DNA from: Paragordius varius
Taxonomy: Eukaryota > Animalia > Nematomorpha
Assembly (NCBI GenBank): GCA_964247055.1
Contig: OZ176054.1
Location: 11,160,001-11,224,000, forward strand
Reading direction: 5' to 3'
DNA length: 64,000 nucleotides
The notes beneath the pieces are model-generated. The model made no database searches. It saw only the letters and a list, made by a program, of their open reading frames with translations, and was not told the DNA's origin. The first letter of the stretch is position 1, and the number at the start of each line of letters is the position of its first letter. A program made the position numbers and the translations under genes. This document shows, piece after piece, positions 26,801 to 40,100 of the stretch.

Positions 26801-27727
26801 TAGCAACACCAAAGTCACTAAACACGAATCTGATACAATATTTTTGAAAATCCCAAAAAAAATTTCATGACCTTACTGGTCGGAGGAGGCAAAATGTTTG
26901 ATCGGGCTTTTAAGATTTGACTCAAATAATAGGTTTAGGAGAGAGGAAATTTATTTTTTATACATTATACATCATAAAATGAATGTAGCAACAACAATCA
27001 AGTGTACATGGCCCACCACCCCCTATGTCAGGCGCAGTTATGAATGGACCCCCTGGTATGATGACTCAACAAGCGCTTCCGCAATCCTCTATGTACAATA
27101 ATCCTTATCCCATGGCTGCCGGGGGGAATGTTGGAAATAAAATGGGGGGTCATTAAAATTTTTTTATATAAATAGTGAGAAAAATTTTTTTAAAAAGAGC
27201 TTATTTTGATTGTATTGCCATTAATTTTAATATGATAATGAGATTTACCATATAATACACATAAATTTTTTTTATTGGATAGTCAGTTATTCTATTTTGA
27301 TTTTTTGGATGTTGGTAATTTTTAATGTAAATATTTTATCCGGTATATTAATAATTCAGATTAAAGTTGGTCCCTATACTTTCCATATCCTATCTTCAGA
27401 TTACTGAACATATTCAAATCATTCCTAAATTACAGTTTTTAATATATAATTGTTTTTTAAAGTCATTGGTTAAATATATAGACAAAAAACTAATTTTATG
27501 TAATGATGTATCCTGGTATGGATTTGCCTAATCTTTTATATTAAAGACTCAAAAAGAACAGTTTTACCGTAGTTAATTATATTCTGATTTTCTGGATTTG
27601 ATCACTTATTTTTTACATCATAAATAAAATATTTATTTTAGGCATGATGAGTGGTCCACAATATGGGATGGTACCTGGTGGTACTAATATGGGTATGTCG
27701 GGCCCTCCCCCACCTCCACCATCTTAA
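19363..27727 (+). CDS. TFG: TRK-fused gene protein orthologue; exons 19363-19609, 19635-19718, 19748-19885, 20537-20688, 22742-22829, 23371-23523, 24863-25005, 25447-25662, 26989-27148, 27642-27727
   Basis: [33 protein letters not shown]...KYKDEDGDFITLSDDSEL (TFG-type PB1 domain), then coiled coil ELKIVRKELQLLRDKITHLLDSIE, then a P/G/S/Q/M low-complexity tail. All junctions are GT-AG and phase-compatible through to the TAA at 27727. Confidence 0.9.
20798..20873. repeat. (TA)n microsatellite; others at about 27828-27862, 30175-30206, 37068-37092, 58927-58959 and 62644-62682
   Basis: Visible dinucleotide runs. Confidence 0.95.
20874..22163. mobile_element. hAT-like non-autonomous element inserted in a TA tract
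   Basis: TIR CAGCGCTTGGAA vs reverse complement CAGGGCTTGGAA; 8-bp flanks ATATATAT / ATATATCT; subterminal GGAACCG motifs. Confidence 0.65.
21096..21991. mobile_element. CACT-terminated MITE (family D) nested in the hAT-like element
   Basis: CACTAGACAACAAATT...AATTTGTTGTCTAGTA termini, flanked by TTA on both sides; same TIR as 52120-53171. Confidence 0.7.
23004..23251. mobile_element. MITE family A
   Basis: TACCATTTA...TGTAAATGGTA termini with 21-bp units. Confidence 0.8.
23926..24507. mobile_element. MITE family A variant (21-bp unit TTGAACAGTTCAAGTTGGTCC)
   Basis: TACCATTTGCACTTCAAGAGTGTCCTTGAACACTTCAAGTTGGTCC at the left end is matched by its exact inverted copy at 24461-24507; about 6 units on the left, about 2 on the right. 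Confidence 0.88.
25132..25354. mobile_element. Degenerate MITE family A copy
   Basis: TACCATT...CTGTAAATGGTA termini with family-type internal sequence. Confidence 0.6.
25663..26332. repeat. Intronic tandem repeat, three units of about 210-240 bp
   Basis: Units start at 25663, 25901 and 26110; shared GAAGCGAAGCGTTTTTTGCCAGCAAATT core. Confidence 0.9.
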
Positions 27728-27827
27728 ACCGAAACATTTTTCTTGAATCACCTATTTTACTGTTCTTTTTTATTAAAATTATCTGAGGATGGATACGTTT
27801 TTGCTTTCTAAAATTTGATTTAATTTA

Positions 27828-27864
<37 letters not shown>

Positions 27865-28959
27865 TTTCTTTTTTTTACGTTTTATATTTTAAACACATTT
27901 TTAAAATTTGAATCAACTTTACCCGACAATTATGCATGCATGGGTTGGGGGTTTTTCTAAAACATAATATATAAATAAAAATGAATTTGCCAGTTTAAAT
28001 GTTTGTATTGATTATCAAATCTATTTTTTCTGCACCATATAATAATCTTTGCTTAGTTTTAGTTTGAATATTGATTATATTTTCACATACTATTTATTAT
28101 TGCAAATCATTTCCCATAAATTAATAGTTTTTATGGTTTTATGACATAATGTTTATCAGTATAATATGATAAATATGAATATTTTTTTATATATTATTCA
28201 TTTTAATTTAGTTAATTTGCTAATTAATTTATTACTTTAGTAGATTACATTATATTCATAATATCATTTTATGTTGAACCCAGAAAGTCTTACGTTTTCA
28301 GACCTCGATAAAATATGCTAGTTAACTTAAATTAAAAATAAAAGAGACAAAATTGCGCCGTAGTTTTGACATAAAAAATATTTCATATAAACATAATTTG
28401 TTGTTAAAAGAGTTCAAAAAATATTTTTAAGGCATGCTTAGGAGTAAAAAAAATACTTAACCATATTATCAAAATTTATTTTTACTTAAATAGATCCCGC
28501 TAAGATTTTTACTCACTTATAAAATCTTTTTATAAAAACTCGTTCTTCTCAAATTTGAGGCCAATTTTTTTTAAAGTTTTGAAAATATAAATCTTTCCTG
28601 TGGCTTCCTTTTAAAAGAAAAGGTTATATGTTAAAAGTTGTTTCTTGTGTCGAGATGCTTAACAATACTACGAAACACGCTTTAACTTGGCAAAGTGTGC
28701 CTTTAATATATATACATATATTATTATTTTGGTGACAAAATTTAGCATAAATTTGAAAATTCATATCACGTATCGGCTTGTTTGCGTTAAATAAACCCCT
28801 AACGAGGTCAAAAAATGGATACTTTCACAAACCTACTTTTAAAAATATTAATTCAGTATAATATCAAAATATATTGGTTTTATTGTGACAACTTCTGCCA
28901 AAAAAATAAATATATGCCATTTTTAGTGCAGCAATCACTAAAATATAGAAATAACTTTT

Positions 28960-29400
28960 TATATTAACAGTAAGCCTTCAAACCAAAAGCAAATCCCGCT
29001 ATATTTTTCGATCAGAATATTTATGGAGCGGACTTCAGAATCAAAGGTTGCTTTATTGAAATTGATTTTGGATTTCAATTGTTCTATGAATTGGTCCAAG
29101 TTATTTTAGGCCTCCCTTTTCGGTTGGGGGCAGGGGTATGTAAAAGAATTTTTGAAGATGAGTCTCTACTAGATCTGTCTAGGTGGCCAAAATAACCAAC
29201 TCTATTTGTTCTGAGAAAAGCATTCTTACACATACCTCGAAACGCAACAAAAGATCGAGATATATCGTAAATTGATCCATGGAATCTCAGTAAATACTTG
29301 TATTTTTCCTCTTCTTTTATATTCAGCAGGGCGAAATCCTGGGGGATAGTCGAAGACATGTTTTGCACGTAAGTTTATATCTGGTCAAAGTATTGAGGTC
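28960..29400 (-). mobile_element. RTE-like non-LTR retrotransposon 3' fragment
   Basis: ORF 29084-29368 has EEKYKYL and GYFGHLDR...KILLHTPAPNRKGRPKITW, the typical RTE C-terminal pattern (GH..R...IL..P.G.R.RGRP...W). Confidence 0.7.
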
Positions 29401-30171
29401 AACGATTTAAACAATTTGTTGTTTGTATCATTTTTTAACTGCTATATATGATTGTTATGGGTGAAATGTATATTTTTCAGGGGGATTCAGCCAACTAGAA
29501 TTTGTGGCTTATGGTTGTGATAAATAATATTTTAATAATGTATTCTAGGCTTCATGTCTGATATCTTTATCTTTTTATCAAAAACTAAGTCACCTAATTT
29601 AAATTGGGTGCCAAAACATTTATTTTAATTTTTAAATATAGATTACAGTAAAAACTTAAATTATACGGACACCTAAAAATACATAGACAAATATTTTTTT
29701 AAAAAACAATCACACTTTTTAAAACTTTAATAGTTTGATTAAAATCGTAAATACATAATTAATTGAGCTACTAATTTACATTTCTATTTTACATAGTTTA
29801 AAACAATCAATTATATGTAAAGATTTAAAAAATATGGTTGACTTTTAAAAAAATATTTGTTTTTATATTTTTACGTTTTGTCCGTATAATTTCAATTTCT
29901 GTAAATATAATATTGAAATAGATATACGCGCAATAATCAATTTAGAAAATTTAAGCCCATGGAAATGTTCTTTAAGTAAAAATTTATTTTTATTATTCTT
30001 TTTGGGGCCCATTTTAAAATTCCTTTTTACAGGGATCGGGCTAAAAGCGAATAACCATAATTTGTGCACATCGCGCGGGTAAATGGTTTCATACTATTTA
30101 ATCTTTATGAGCTTAGAAATGACCGAAATTGTGAAATACTTAAACCAGCGATTTTTTAAAAAAACCATTAA

Positions 30172-30209
<38 letters not shown>

Positions 30210-30429
30210 GGACTGAATTGAAATTGAATATGCTTTCCGACACTATGTATTAACATTTAATAGTATTTAAAAAAATGATATAACAAAAGAGCTCAGAATC
30301 GAAACAGAGATTTAAAGGCCTGATCGAAAGGAGAATTTGATTAGTATCCAACTATTTTTATGCTAGTATTGTTCAGCATCCATATAATATAACTAGCTGG
30401 CTCTGTAACGCTTCGCTGTGACATAGTCT

Positions 30430-33400
30430 CGATGATAATTATACTTAATAATATGCAATTAATAAAAGTAATGGATATGAAATAATGTTAAACATATTTA
30501 ATAAATAAAATGTCTTAAATTATTCTTTTACGGGTTTTGCATAGGCTTACTCCAAATTGACCATATTTAAAATGTCCTTATAAAAGTTAATATTCAACTA
30601 TCATTAGATTTAATTTAAGATTTTCGTTTTAGGAAACTATGGAAGTTTTATTTTAAAATTGTGTTCATACAGCTGGGATCAAGGGATAAAAAGTAACTCA
30701 TCTTTTACTTTTTAAAGGAAAGAATGATATTCGCCAGAAATGTATTCAATGAACTCGTGTGCCTTCTTAAGTTTTTAAACAGCTACAAAACCACGCCATT
30801 TTTGTAAGGCGTCTCATTTCTATATGGTAAAGCGCCTTGTTAGCCTTTATAGGGCAAATATTTGGCATCATCTTTGATACCATCGTCTCATGGGTTATTC
30901 GAAAAAATACCTCAACGCCAAATAATCGTTATATGATGGCGTATTCTTAAAAACTTAAAGGCCCCAAAGGCTAATTAAAAACGCCCGATTTTTTTTATCA
31001 AGTTACGAGTATTTTCAAGCTTATTAGCTACGCATTTTCTATATAGTGGCGTAATTTTTCGGGTATCCCCTTACCCAGGGCAGGTATGAAAAAGCGCTTG
31101 ATTAAAATTTTTGTCTTTTTTCGAATACCTGAAATGATTGATTTCATCATTATTTGGAAAAAGTGCCTCAATTAAAAAATTATCCTTTGGTGACGCACTT
31201 TTCAGGGGGTGAAGGGCCTAATAAACGAAAACGGGCGCGTCCCTTTGCTTTGTTACGGGTAATATATTAAAATTGAACTATGGCCTGATAGGCTTTCTGT
31301 TATTTAGCCCAGGCACGCTATTTTGATACGGGTCAGTTTTTAGCGGGTATCACCTTACACAGCACCTACCATCAAAAAATTTTGCCTTTTAACAGGGAAT
31401 ACATGGAACCCTTATTGATTTTTACAGTTCATATTTTGGGAAAAAATAGAAAAAAAATAATTTGGTGGACTTTGTTTAAAAATGGCATTTTACGGGGAGA
31501 GCGGGTTAAAAGAGGGCCTAAAAAAATCGAGCCGACTATGTTCGGCATTTATAAAAATGGAAAAAGCTGGCTTTGTGATACTGAAAACCGGTAGACCCTT
31601 TCAAATCCAAATATTGAAAAAATATAATTATTAAAAAATGCCCAAACAATGGCTTCGCCCTTTTTTAAATTAGGGCCCCTGTTCAGGCCCACCCCGTGTA
31701 AAAAGGGTATTTTATAAAACCACAAGTCGACAAAAATCGTGTCTTTGAGACAATTTACCGAAGGTGTCAGACTATTCGATTTCAAATATTATTTACATTT
31801 TTTCGATTGCGCCGAACATAGTTGGCTCGTTTTTTTAATTTAGGTCCTCTTTTTACCCCCTCCCCCGTAAAATGCTATTTTTTCAAAAATATTAAGTCCA
31901 CAAAAATAATTTTTTGAATCTATTTTTAACCAAAGTATGAGTACGTAAAAATTCAATAAGGATTACGGGTATTCCCTGTTAGAAGGCAAAAATTTAGGTT
32001 GAGCGTTTTTTTATATTGGCTCCGGGGTAGGGAGATACCCACTAAAAACTGACCGATGTGCCTTTGGGGCTGAATTTACCTATCAGGCCATATGAGTTTA
32101 ATAAGTGCTTAAAATATGACCCATAATAAAAAAATAAGTCGTGCGGTTTAAAAATTAGCCGTTAATTCCCTTTACGCCCAGAAAAATGCACCACCATAGA
32201 ATGAATAATTTCCCAAAAAATAATCAGAGCATATGGAATCAATCAGGATTCCAGGTATCTTAAAAAGGCAAGAATTTTAATCAAGCTTTTTTTGTATCAA
32301 CCTTTGGGTGCATTACCCGCCTAAAACTGGACCACCATATCGAAATTGCGTTGTTTAGGAGTTAATTTACACAGTCGGCCGTTTTTTAAAATTAGCCGTT
32401 AATTAGGCCCTTTACGCTCTAAAAATGCGCTATCATAAAACTATATAGTTTTGGAGCCATTCTTCCAAAAACCATTAAGAACATAAGAGATGAATGATGA
32501 TTCCAGGTATTCCCCTAAAAGGCAAAAATTATCGAATGTCTTTATATATTGGCCTCTGAATGGGGGCCCACCCAAACTGCGCCACCATATCGATACAGTG
32601 TGACTTTGGAGGCAAATTTTAGAAAACATACAGGCCATATGAGTTCAATAAGCGCTTAAATATTACCCGTAAAAAAAGAAAAATTTAAGTAGAACGGTTT
32701 TAAATTACTCCTTTATTAGGCCCTAGCCCTGAAACTCCACCGTATGATGATTTTTTGGTTTTGAGGCAATTTTTCAAAAATCCCAGAAGAGAGCATATAG
32801 AATCAATCATGATTCTAGGTAATATTCGAATTAAGGCAAAAATCAAGCGTTTTTGGTTCGCCTCTGGTTGGGGGCTTCCCGGGTAAAATTGAGTCACCAT
32901 ATTGATACAACATGCCTATCCAAATTTCAAAAAGACTAATAGGAACATATGAAATATTTATATATTCCCCATATAAAGGCAAAAAATTTGCCCAACGCTT
33001 TTTATACCCGCCCCTGGATAATATATAAAAATTGCGTTGTTTAATTAACAGAAAATTTTTAAGCCATATGAACCTATAGAAAGCTTGAAATATTACCAGT
33101 ATAGGTTAAGGTCAGGCGTCTTTACTAACCGTTAAAGCCTTATACCTTCAATATACGCCATTATATAACGATTATGTTATGAGATATTTTTTTTAAATTA
33201 CTCATGAGACTATGGTAATAAATATGATTTTAATTATTAGCCTTATAGAGGCAAAGAATTTGACTCAGCACTTTTTCCATATGAGTCTATGGGTAGGGGT
33301 CTACAGGTTTAAAACTGAAACGCCATACAAAAATGGCGAGGATTTGGAGCTAATTATCAAAAATTTTAAGAAGCCAAACGAATTTAAACACATTTCTGGG

Positions 33401-33720
33401 TTCGTTTAATACCATCCTTTGTTTTAAAAAGGGAGGACAATTTACTTTTTATATCCTTTGATCCTAGCTGTGTGAAAACAATAAAATAATTAAACATGAT
33501 TTCATAAAACGAAAATCTTAAATAAATCCAATGATAATTTGAATATTAACTTTAATAATGATCAGTTTAAAGATCATCAATTTCGATAAATAATATTTGA
33601 GCCTATGCAAAACCCGTAAAAGAATAATTATAGACATTCTTTTTATTAAATGTGTTTTTTATTATTATTCTCTATTACCTCTATTTATTGCAAATTATTA
33701 ATAAAATTACCTGATCATAA
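30430..33720. mobile_element. Foldback-like element: long imperfect inverted arms with internal tandem modules, non-coding
   Basis: 30520-30700 is the inverse of 33440-33640, 30720-31000 of 33100-33410, and 31330-31545 of 31810-32050; spacer of about 250 bp. Confidence 0.75.
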
Positions 33721-34595
33721 AATTTTTAAATAATTATTTTATCACCCGTTAAAAATTTCTAAATATACCCATGGTTTACATAGACCTTTTTATATAATAT
33801 ATGTTTTTTTATAAACTTGCGTATTTTCCAATAATTAATAAAATTGATTTGATATACGGCAATATCTGATCAATATCATTTCAGTTTAGACCCAATTGTT
33901 AATTTAAATAATAGCTTAACATTACAAAGAAACTACAATAAAATTCGAAAGATTTATTTATTGATATAAATGATGCATAAATCACATGAATGATTGATCC
34001 CTGAAGCAAATTAATTTTTGAGGAAAATTGATGAATTGTATATTACTTATCACCAGACGAATAATCGCTTGCTAAAGTTAAATATAAAATATATTTTAAA
34101 GATAAATTATCGTCGACATATTTCTATTATAAACCAGCCCTAAGTAGTCTTGGAATTTTAAGTTCGTCCCTCACTAATTTGTTGAATGATAAGGTTAATA
34201 AGTTAAAACTTCTTTAGCCCGCTTTTGTTTTCTGCCTCAGAGATTTTCAAACACAGATTGATATAAAAATATCTCTTTAGTATTAGGACAAATTAGAAAT
34301 CACAAAAATATCTCAAATTTTAGGCTGCCAAATTTTTCCATTTTTTGTTCAATCATCACACATTAAAAACTTAAAACAATATTATGGTTAAAAGTGCTCT
34401 TGATTATTTACACCAATTTTATTCTTATAAACTTAAATATAAATTTTTCTATAAAACCCATCTATCTAAACTAAAATTGATTTAATAATAGTCATTGTTG
34501 TACCAATAAAGCAATGTACAAAAAAACGTTTCCAATGACTTTATTGGAAAACGGTGCATTTTAAAACTTTAAGGGGCTTAAAAAATAAATTAATA

Positions 34596-34843
34596 TACCA
34601 TTTACACCTCCTTAAACACTTCAATTCACCCTCGAACAATTTAAATTCACCCTTAACAATTCAACCCTAAAATAATTATGTCTTAATTTATCTAATTAAA
34701 GGCATAGTTTATCATTTTGTATGTTATTTTTAAACAAAGTATATATTAAGAAATCCATATATGTGATTTCCAAAACTAGGGTATTTGATATGTTTAAGGG
34801 TAAATTTGAAATGTTGAAGGATGAATTTGAAGTGTAAATGGTA
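34596..34843. mobile_element. MITE family A
   Basis: TACCATTTAC...GTGTAAATGGTA termini. Confidence 0.8.
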
Positions 34844-34846
34844 ATA

Positions 34847-35986
34847 CACTTGCAAAATAATTTTTTTTCGATGAGAAAGCTTATGACCAGTGTATTCATT
34901 TGCTGTAAAATTTTCATTTGTTTACGACCTAATTTTTGAAATATTCAGGGAAAAACGAAATCGGGAAAAAGGTGAAAATTAGGATTATTAAGGATAATTG
35001 TAAAAAAATGATAAAAATAGAGATATTATGGTTTATTATCATTCTAAGAGATAATTTCAATATATATAAATAGCCTAAAATCATAAAAATAGGGTTTCTA
35101 TAAAAACTCAGTTCAAAAAATGACGTTTTTCTTTTAACAAACTCCAAAGACAAAAAAATTTCATGAAACTATACTATGATAATTTTTGATTATTTACTAG
35201 CTAAGCTCACAATTAAAATCTTAACATTCATATTTTATTTAAAAATAACTTCTATATCAAAATAAAACTAAAAAATATTGTTTAATTTTATATTTTTGTC
35301 ATCTGGTTTATGACGGTATAAAATATTTATACTGTTTGATTTTTGAATCTTACATAAATGGGAGTTAAGTATATAATTTATGCAAAATAGGATTTAAAAC
35401 ATCTACCAACAATCGCTACAAATCCCAGTAACGAGTTTGTTTCAACACAAATTAATATTTTTACTGGGATATGTATGGATTTTTGTAGATTTTCCACTAC
35501 TTGTTTTTATTTTGTATTAATTTATATACTGTGAATTTCCAAAATAAGATTTTTTATACCATCATAAACCAGATTACAAAAAAAATGAAAAAATAAAAAA
35601 CAATAATTTTTAGTTTTATTTTGATATAGAAGTTTTTTTAATAAGTAAGTGATTTAGCTAGTAAATAAAAAAATTTTAATGTTTTCATAAAAAATTTTCG
35701 TTTTTTAAGTGTGTTAAAAGAAAAACGCCATGTTTTGAACTGAGATTTTATATAAACTACTCTATTTATATGATTTTAGGATATTTATAAATTAAATCCC
35801 CTTGATAAAAACCATGAAACTTTTATCATTATTTTTTTAATTCTTAATTTTCACTTTTTGCCCGATTTCGATTTTCTCTTAAATTTCAAAAATAATTAAT
35901 TTTTTGTGGGAAATCAATTCACGGTTAGTTATCTCATAAAAAAATTTTATTCGTTAAAAAAATAACCCTCTTTTTTGCACACAGTG
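34847..35986. mobile_element. Family B long-TIR element abutting a family A MITE
   Basis: TIR ends TA|CACTTGCAAAA...TTTTGCACACAGTG|TA; homologous to 14137-15322. Confidence 0.75.
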
Positions 35987-37113
35987 TATATATTTTGACA
36001 ATATTGAACAAAAATCATAGAAATTAATTTTATAAAATCAAAAAATAAGATGTATTATAACTTAAAACATACTTTTCACCGTTCCATTTTGAACATATGC
36101 ATATTTGCTTTTGGGAAATTTCGCAATATAAGGCAAATTAAATCTGCAATGTTTTTTTGTAAGATTTTCATGGTGAATGAACGAGTATAGACAATACATC
36201 TTGTAATTTTCATGTTCAATTTCATGAAAACAGGCTTTTGACCAAACTAATGATTCTTTTGTTCTTTCTTGCTCTAAAAATATCCAAAAATATTTAGTAT
36301 CACCCGATATTAAATTGTTTTACAGAAAAAATTAAAGTTTTACATAAATAATAAGCATTATTTATCTGGCTTATTCACACATTATAAATAGTAGAGTGTA
36401 CGGGAAAAGACAAAAAAAATGTAAAACAAAATACACAAAGTAATGTAAGATAGGAAAAAATTGTTTATTCAACACTTAGTTTTTTTTCATACACTAACAA
36501 GTGTGTTGTCAATGTACCAACTGTAATGTAAATAAGCCAGCATTTAAATGCATACTGTAATAAATATAAAAAAGATATCAAAGTTATCTAAATTAAAAAA
36601 AGGGAAAGAATTTTAAGGAATCGGTTATATGATCATATGATTTATTTCGTAAAAGTTAGACATTGTATAAGAAAAAAAACATTTAGTTTCAGAATCTGAA
36701 ATGTTTTGAAAGAGTTTCTAGGAGTAAAAACACATAAGCATAACCCACACCAACATTTTTAAATCATTAAATCCAACTAAAACTCAAATTTGAATTCAAA
36801 GAAATAGCCGTCTAACTTTTCAATTATCTATCATAAACTTGACTCAAACGTATTAAAAAATTAAAGCAAACCATGTGCAAAGGGTCGTCATCGAAACGAA
36901 TCTACCAACCAGTTATTTATGTTTAAAAACAGTTCCTTTATGGTTTATAAACCGAATCAAATTTCCCTAGAATCAAAAAATTTGATTATCTCCAAAATTA
37001 AACATAAACCTTACAAATCTCTGAAAAAAACACAAAAAATAATTTTATGCAGTTTAAATATATACTTATATATATATATATATATATATAAATATTATAT
37101 TCATATATCTTAC

Positions 37114-40100
37114 GAATATTAATAAATCCATCAACCACAATATCGTCGTTATATTCAGAGGTGCACATGACACTTTTATTATTATGAGCAAATTTGGCCA
37201 CAAATGACTTCTCCCAGATATATCCATTTCTATCGCGGTATAAATAAGGCTGATTGTCATAGAGATATCTGATAAGGGATAGGGCTTGATTCTCGTTAGT
37301 CGTTACTTGCAAATAACATTCCGTAATATTATCCTCTATTCTTTGTTGTTTTCTAAAGTCAGACAGCAATTCCCTTATGTTTGTACCATTAGAAATTTGT
37401 AAGTTGGCCCCATATCTGTGCACTAATAAAATGAAGCTTATAGTAAACATGCACGTCAATAATAATATATTATTTGCACCTTCATTTGGTATATTACCGA
37501 TTCAAGATGGTGATTAAAGATATTAAGCTGGTTCTTGATAATAAAAACTATACCAAAATATTATTCCTACTGAAAAATGATATCTATTTTAAGATATTAG
37601 ATTAATTTTCCACCTATAATTTTTTTGAAGAGACTTAAAATGTTTAAAGACCTTAATTACTTGCGCAAATGGTAAATATCAAAGTCGATTAAAAATAATG
37701 GCATAAACGCCTAGAAAATTGAAATTATGGCTGATAAAATATTTTAGAAAAGATGAAGTTCAGAACAATTTAAAAAAATTAAAATTATTACCTGCCAAAG
37801 ATAAATATATATATATATATATATACAGGAACAACTGAAATTATACATTTTAGTTAAAATTAAATCCATTTTTTTTCTCCTAATCAGACAAAACTTGGGA
37901 ATTTTTGGATTTTAACTTCTAAATTTCTATATTGAGATACCTCCAAAATCATCCCTTGATATTAAAATCAATAAATATAGAAAATTTCCTAGTAAATTCT
38001 AATTATGACATTTAATATTTATATTTTTCAACCACAATATAGATTTAATTTGTTTAATAGCAATAAAAAAAATAAAAAAAATGGTGGTGAGTTTGAGATG
38101 AGGGTTTTTACTATTTCACATCTTAAAAATATTGCATCATGCGCCTTAAGGTTTAAAAAGGGATTTTTAAAGTTGGTCCAATAAAAATATTTAAAATTAA
38201 AATTTTAAATTTCAATCCCAGTTCATAGAGAGTTACTAGAAAAACCTAGTGATGAAAATAATAGAAAATGTTTATTATATCTTAAAGTGTTTTTATATCG
38301 TTTCTACCCTACTTCAACATAAAATGCACTTAAAAATTAAATAAAACGTATGATTTTTTTCAAACTTTTTTCGATTTCATCATCTATCATTTAAGAATTA
38401 TTATCGCGCAAACTCACAATTTTTGCGTTTTTAAAAATAAATAATCGCTTTTAGAGGGACCAAAAAATTTTAGACTCTAGGAGTAAATAATTAATCAAAA
38501 TTTATAGACAACTTTGCTTTTTGAATGTAAATTATGTTGTATTCAAATAATGTTTTTTGGATTAATGCAGTTAGATATACGAAAAAAAAACTCTATGAAT
38601 GTGCGCTGATTTTGCTATTTTTTATATCGATCCACAATACAAAAGTATTTAATTTATCCTTCGTTAGCCCCAAACATAGCATGATTACACATTAATTTAT
38701 CATTATGAGATAATATATAGTTTATCAGGTTAAATATCCCGATTTTCTTGCACTGAGATTAATAGGAGAATACATTGCAATTATTTTACTTTAAATTGGG
38801 TAAAAATTAAAGTTTCCAATGAATTTGGATGCAAAATATATTTTCGACCTCAAAATATTTTGAGTTAAAAATATTCTCGAGATTATCAAAATATACCACA
38901 TTCGACCCATAATTGATATAAACACGTCAAATAAAACTTACTAGGCGTGAACGGTAGATATTTGTCCACGAAATCAATCTTCTTTTCTAAAATATTAAAA
39001 AAAAATTGTAATATGCATTGTAATTATATATTATATATGGATTTATTTTAATTAATTTGTAATGATCACTCATAATTTTTATTTTTTTTTATCTGTGATT
39101 TGGCTAGGGTTAGATTTTTGGGTCAAAAATAAAAACCGGTTTAAAAAATTTTAAATTTTTAGATGTGGGCTCCAAAAGTCCCAAATTTTTTCCCTAGTAA
39201 AATGGGCTAGTTCTCTAAAATTAAGCTCATGCCTGGATTGAGCGATAAAAATATACTTTAAAAATGAGTTTTTTAAAAAAATTTAATTTTTAATAAAATT
39301 TTGTTGAAGCGTACTTCATACTCTTGTGAGTCATATGGTTTAAAACTATTTATGATATTATGAAAACACCTTTTCATTAGATTTCGATAATTCTGAACAT
39401 TTCTATCACCTCAAAATCGTGATATTTGAAATATTAAAATTTTAAGCAAATGAACCTTAAAATTTAAATTCTTAGGTAATAGAAATGTTCAGCATCATCG
39501 AATTATATACGTTGTTAAACCGTTTCTATTAAGACGCCAAATAAGTACGCTTCAAAATTTTACTATGCATTTTTAAAAACAAAATTTTTGGTTGATATCA
39601 AAATTAAGCATGTATTTATAATTTTTATCTGCACGGGCATTTTTGCGTTTATTTCAAGAGGATTAACCCATCTTAGAAAAAATTTAGGACTTTCGAACTC
39701 ACATCTAAAATATTAAATTTTTTAAACCTATTGTTTTACTTTTTACATATAGTTATCATATATTTTATTAATATTTTTTAAGTTTTAAACTTTCACCCAA
39801 TAAATTTATTTAAAAATGAACGTAATAGCCATTTTCCGATATGAAAGACTTACCACAAATTGTAAATAAATTTCCCAAATAAAACACCATGATAATGTTT
39901 ATACATCCTATCAATACATATTTTTTATAGGGCTTTTTGTGGAAACTGTGTATATTGTTTTTATTATTTTGTTATTCAACTTAAAATCGCTGGGGCACAT
40001 TCAATGACAAACAAATCATAGATTGATTAGGGAAATTGATACTCAAATATTAAATATTTCTATCATTGGCTAAAAATGATACAAAATACCCTGTATATTT

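Noticed and set aside
30390-30422. AACTAGCTGGCTCTGTAACGCTTCGCTG resembling a Helitron/Helentron-type terminus next to the foldback
   Set aside because: Short, partial resemblance only, and no matching opposite end was identified.
31382-33409. Short ORFs inside the foldback element
   Set aside because: 60-78 aa, no motifs, not preserved between the inverted arms.
34090-34260. Minus-strand KYVDD, suggesting a Penelope-like RT remnant
   Set aside because: Flanked by stops, and neighbouring RT motifs are not convincingly recoverable.
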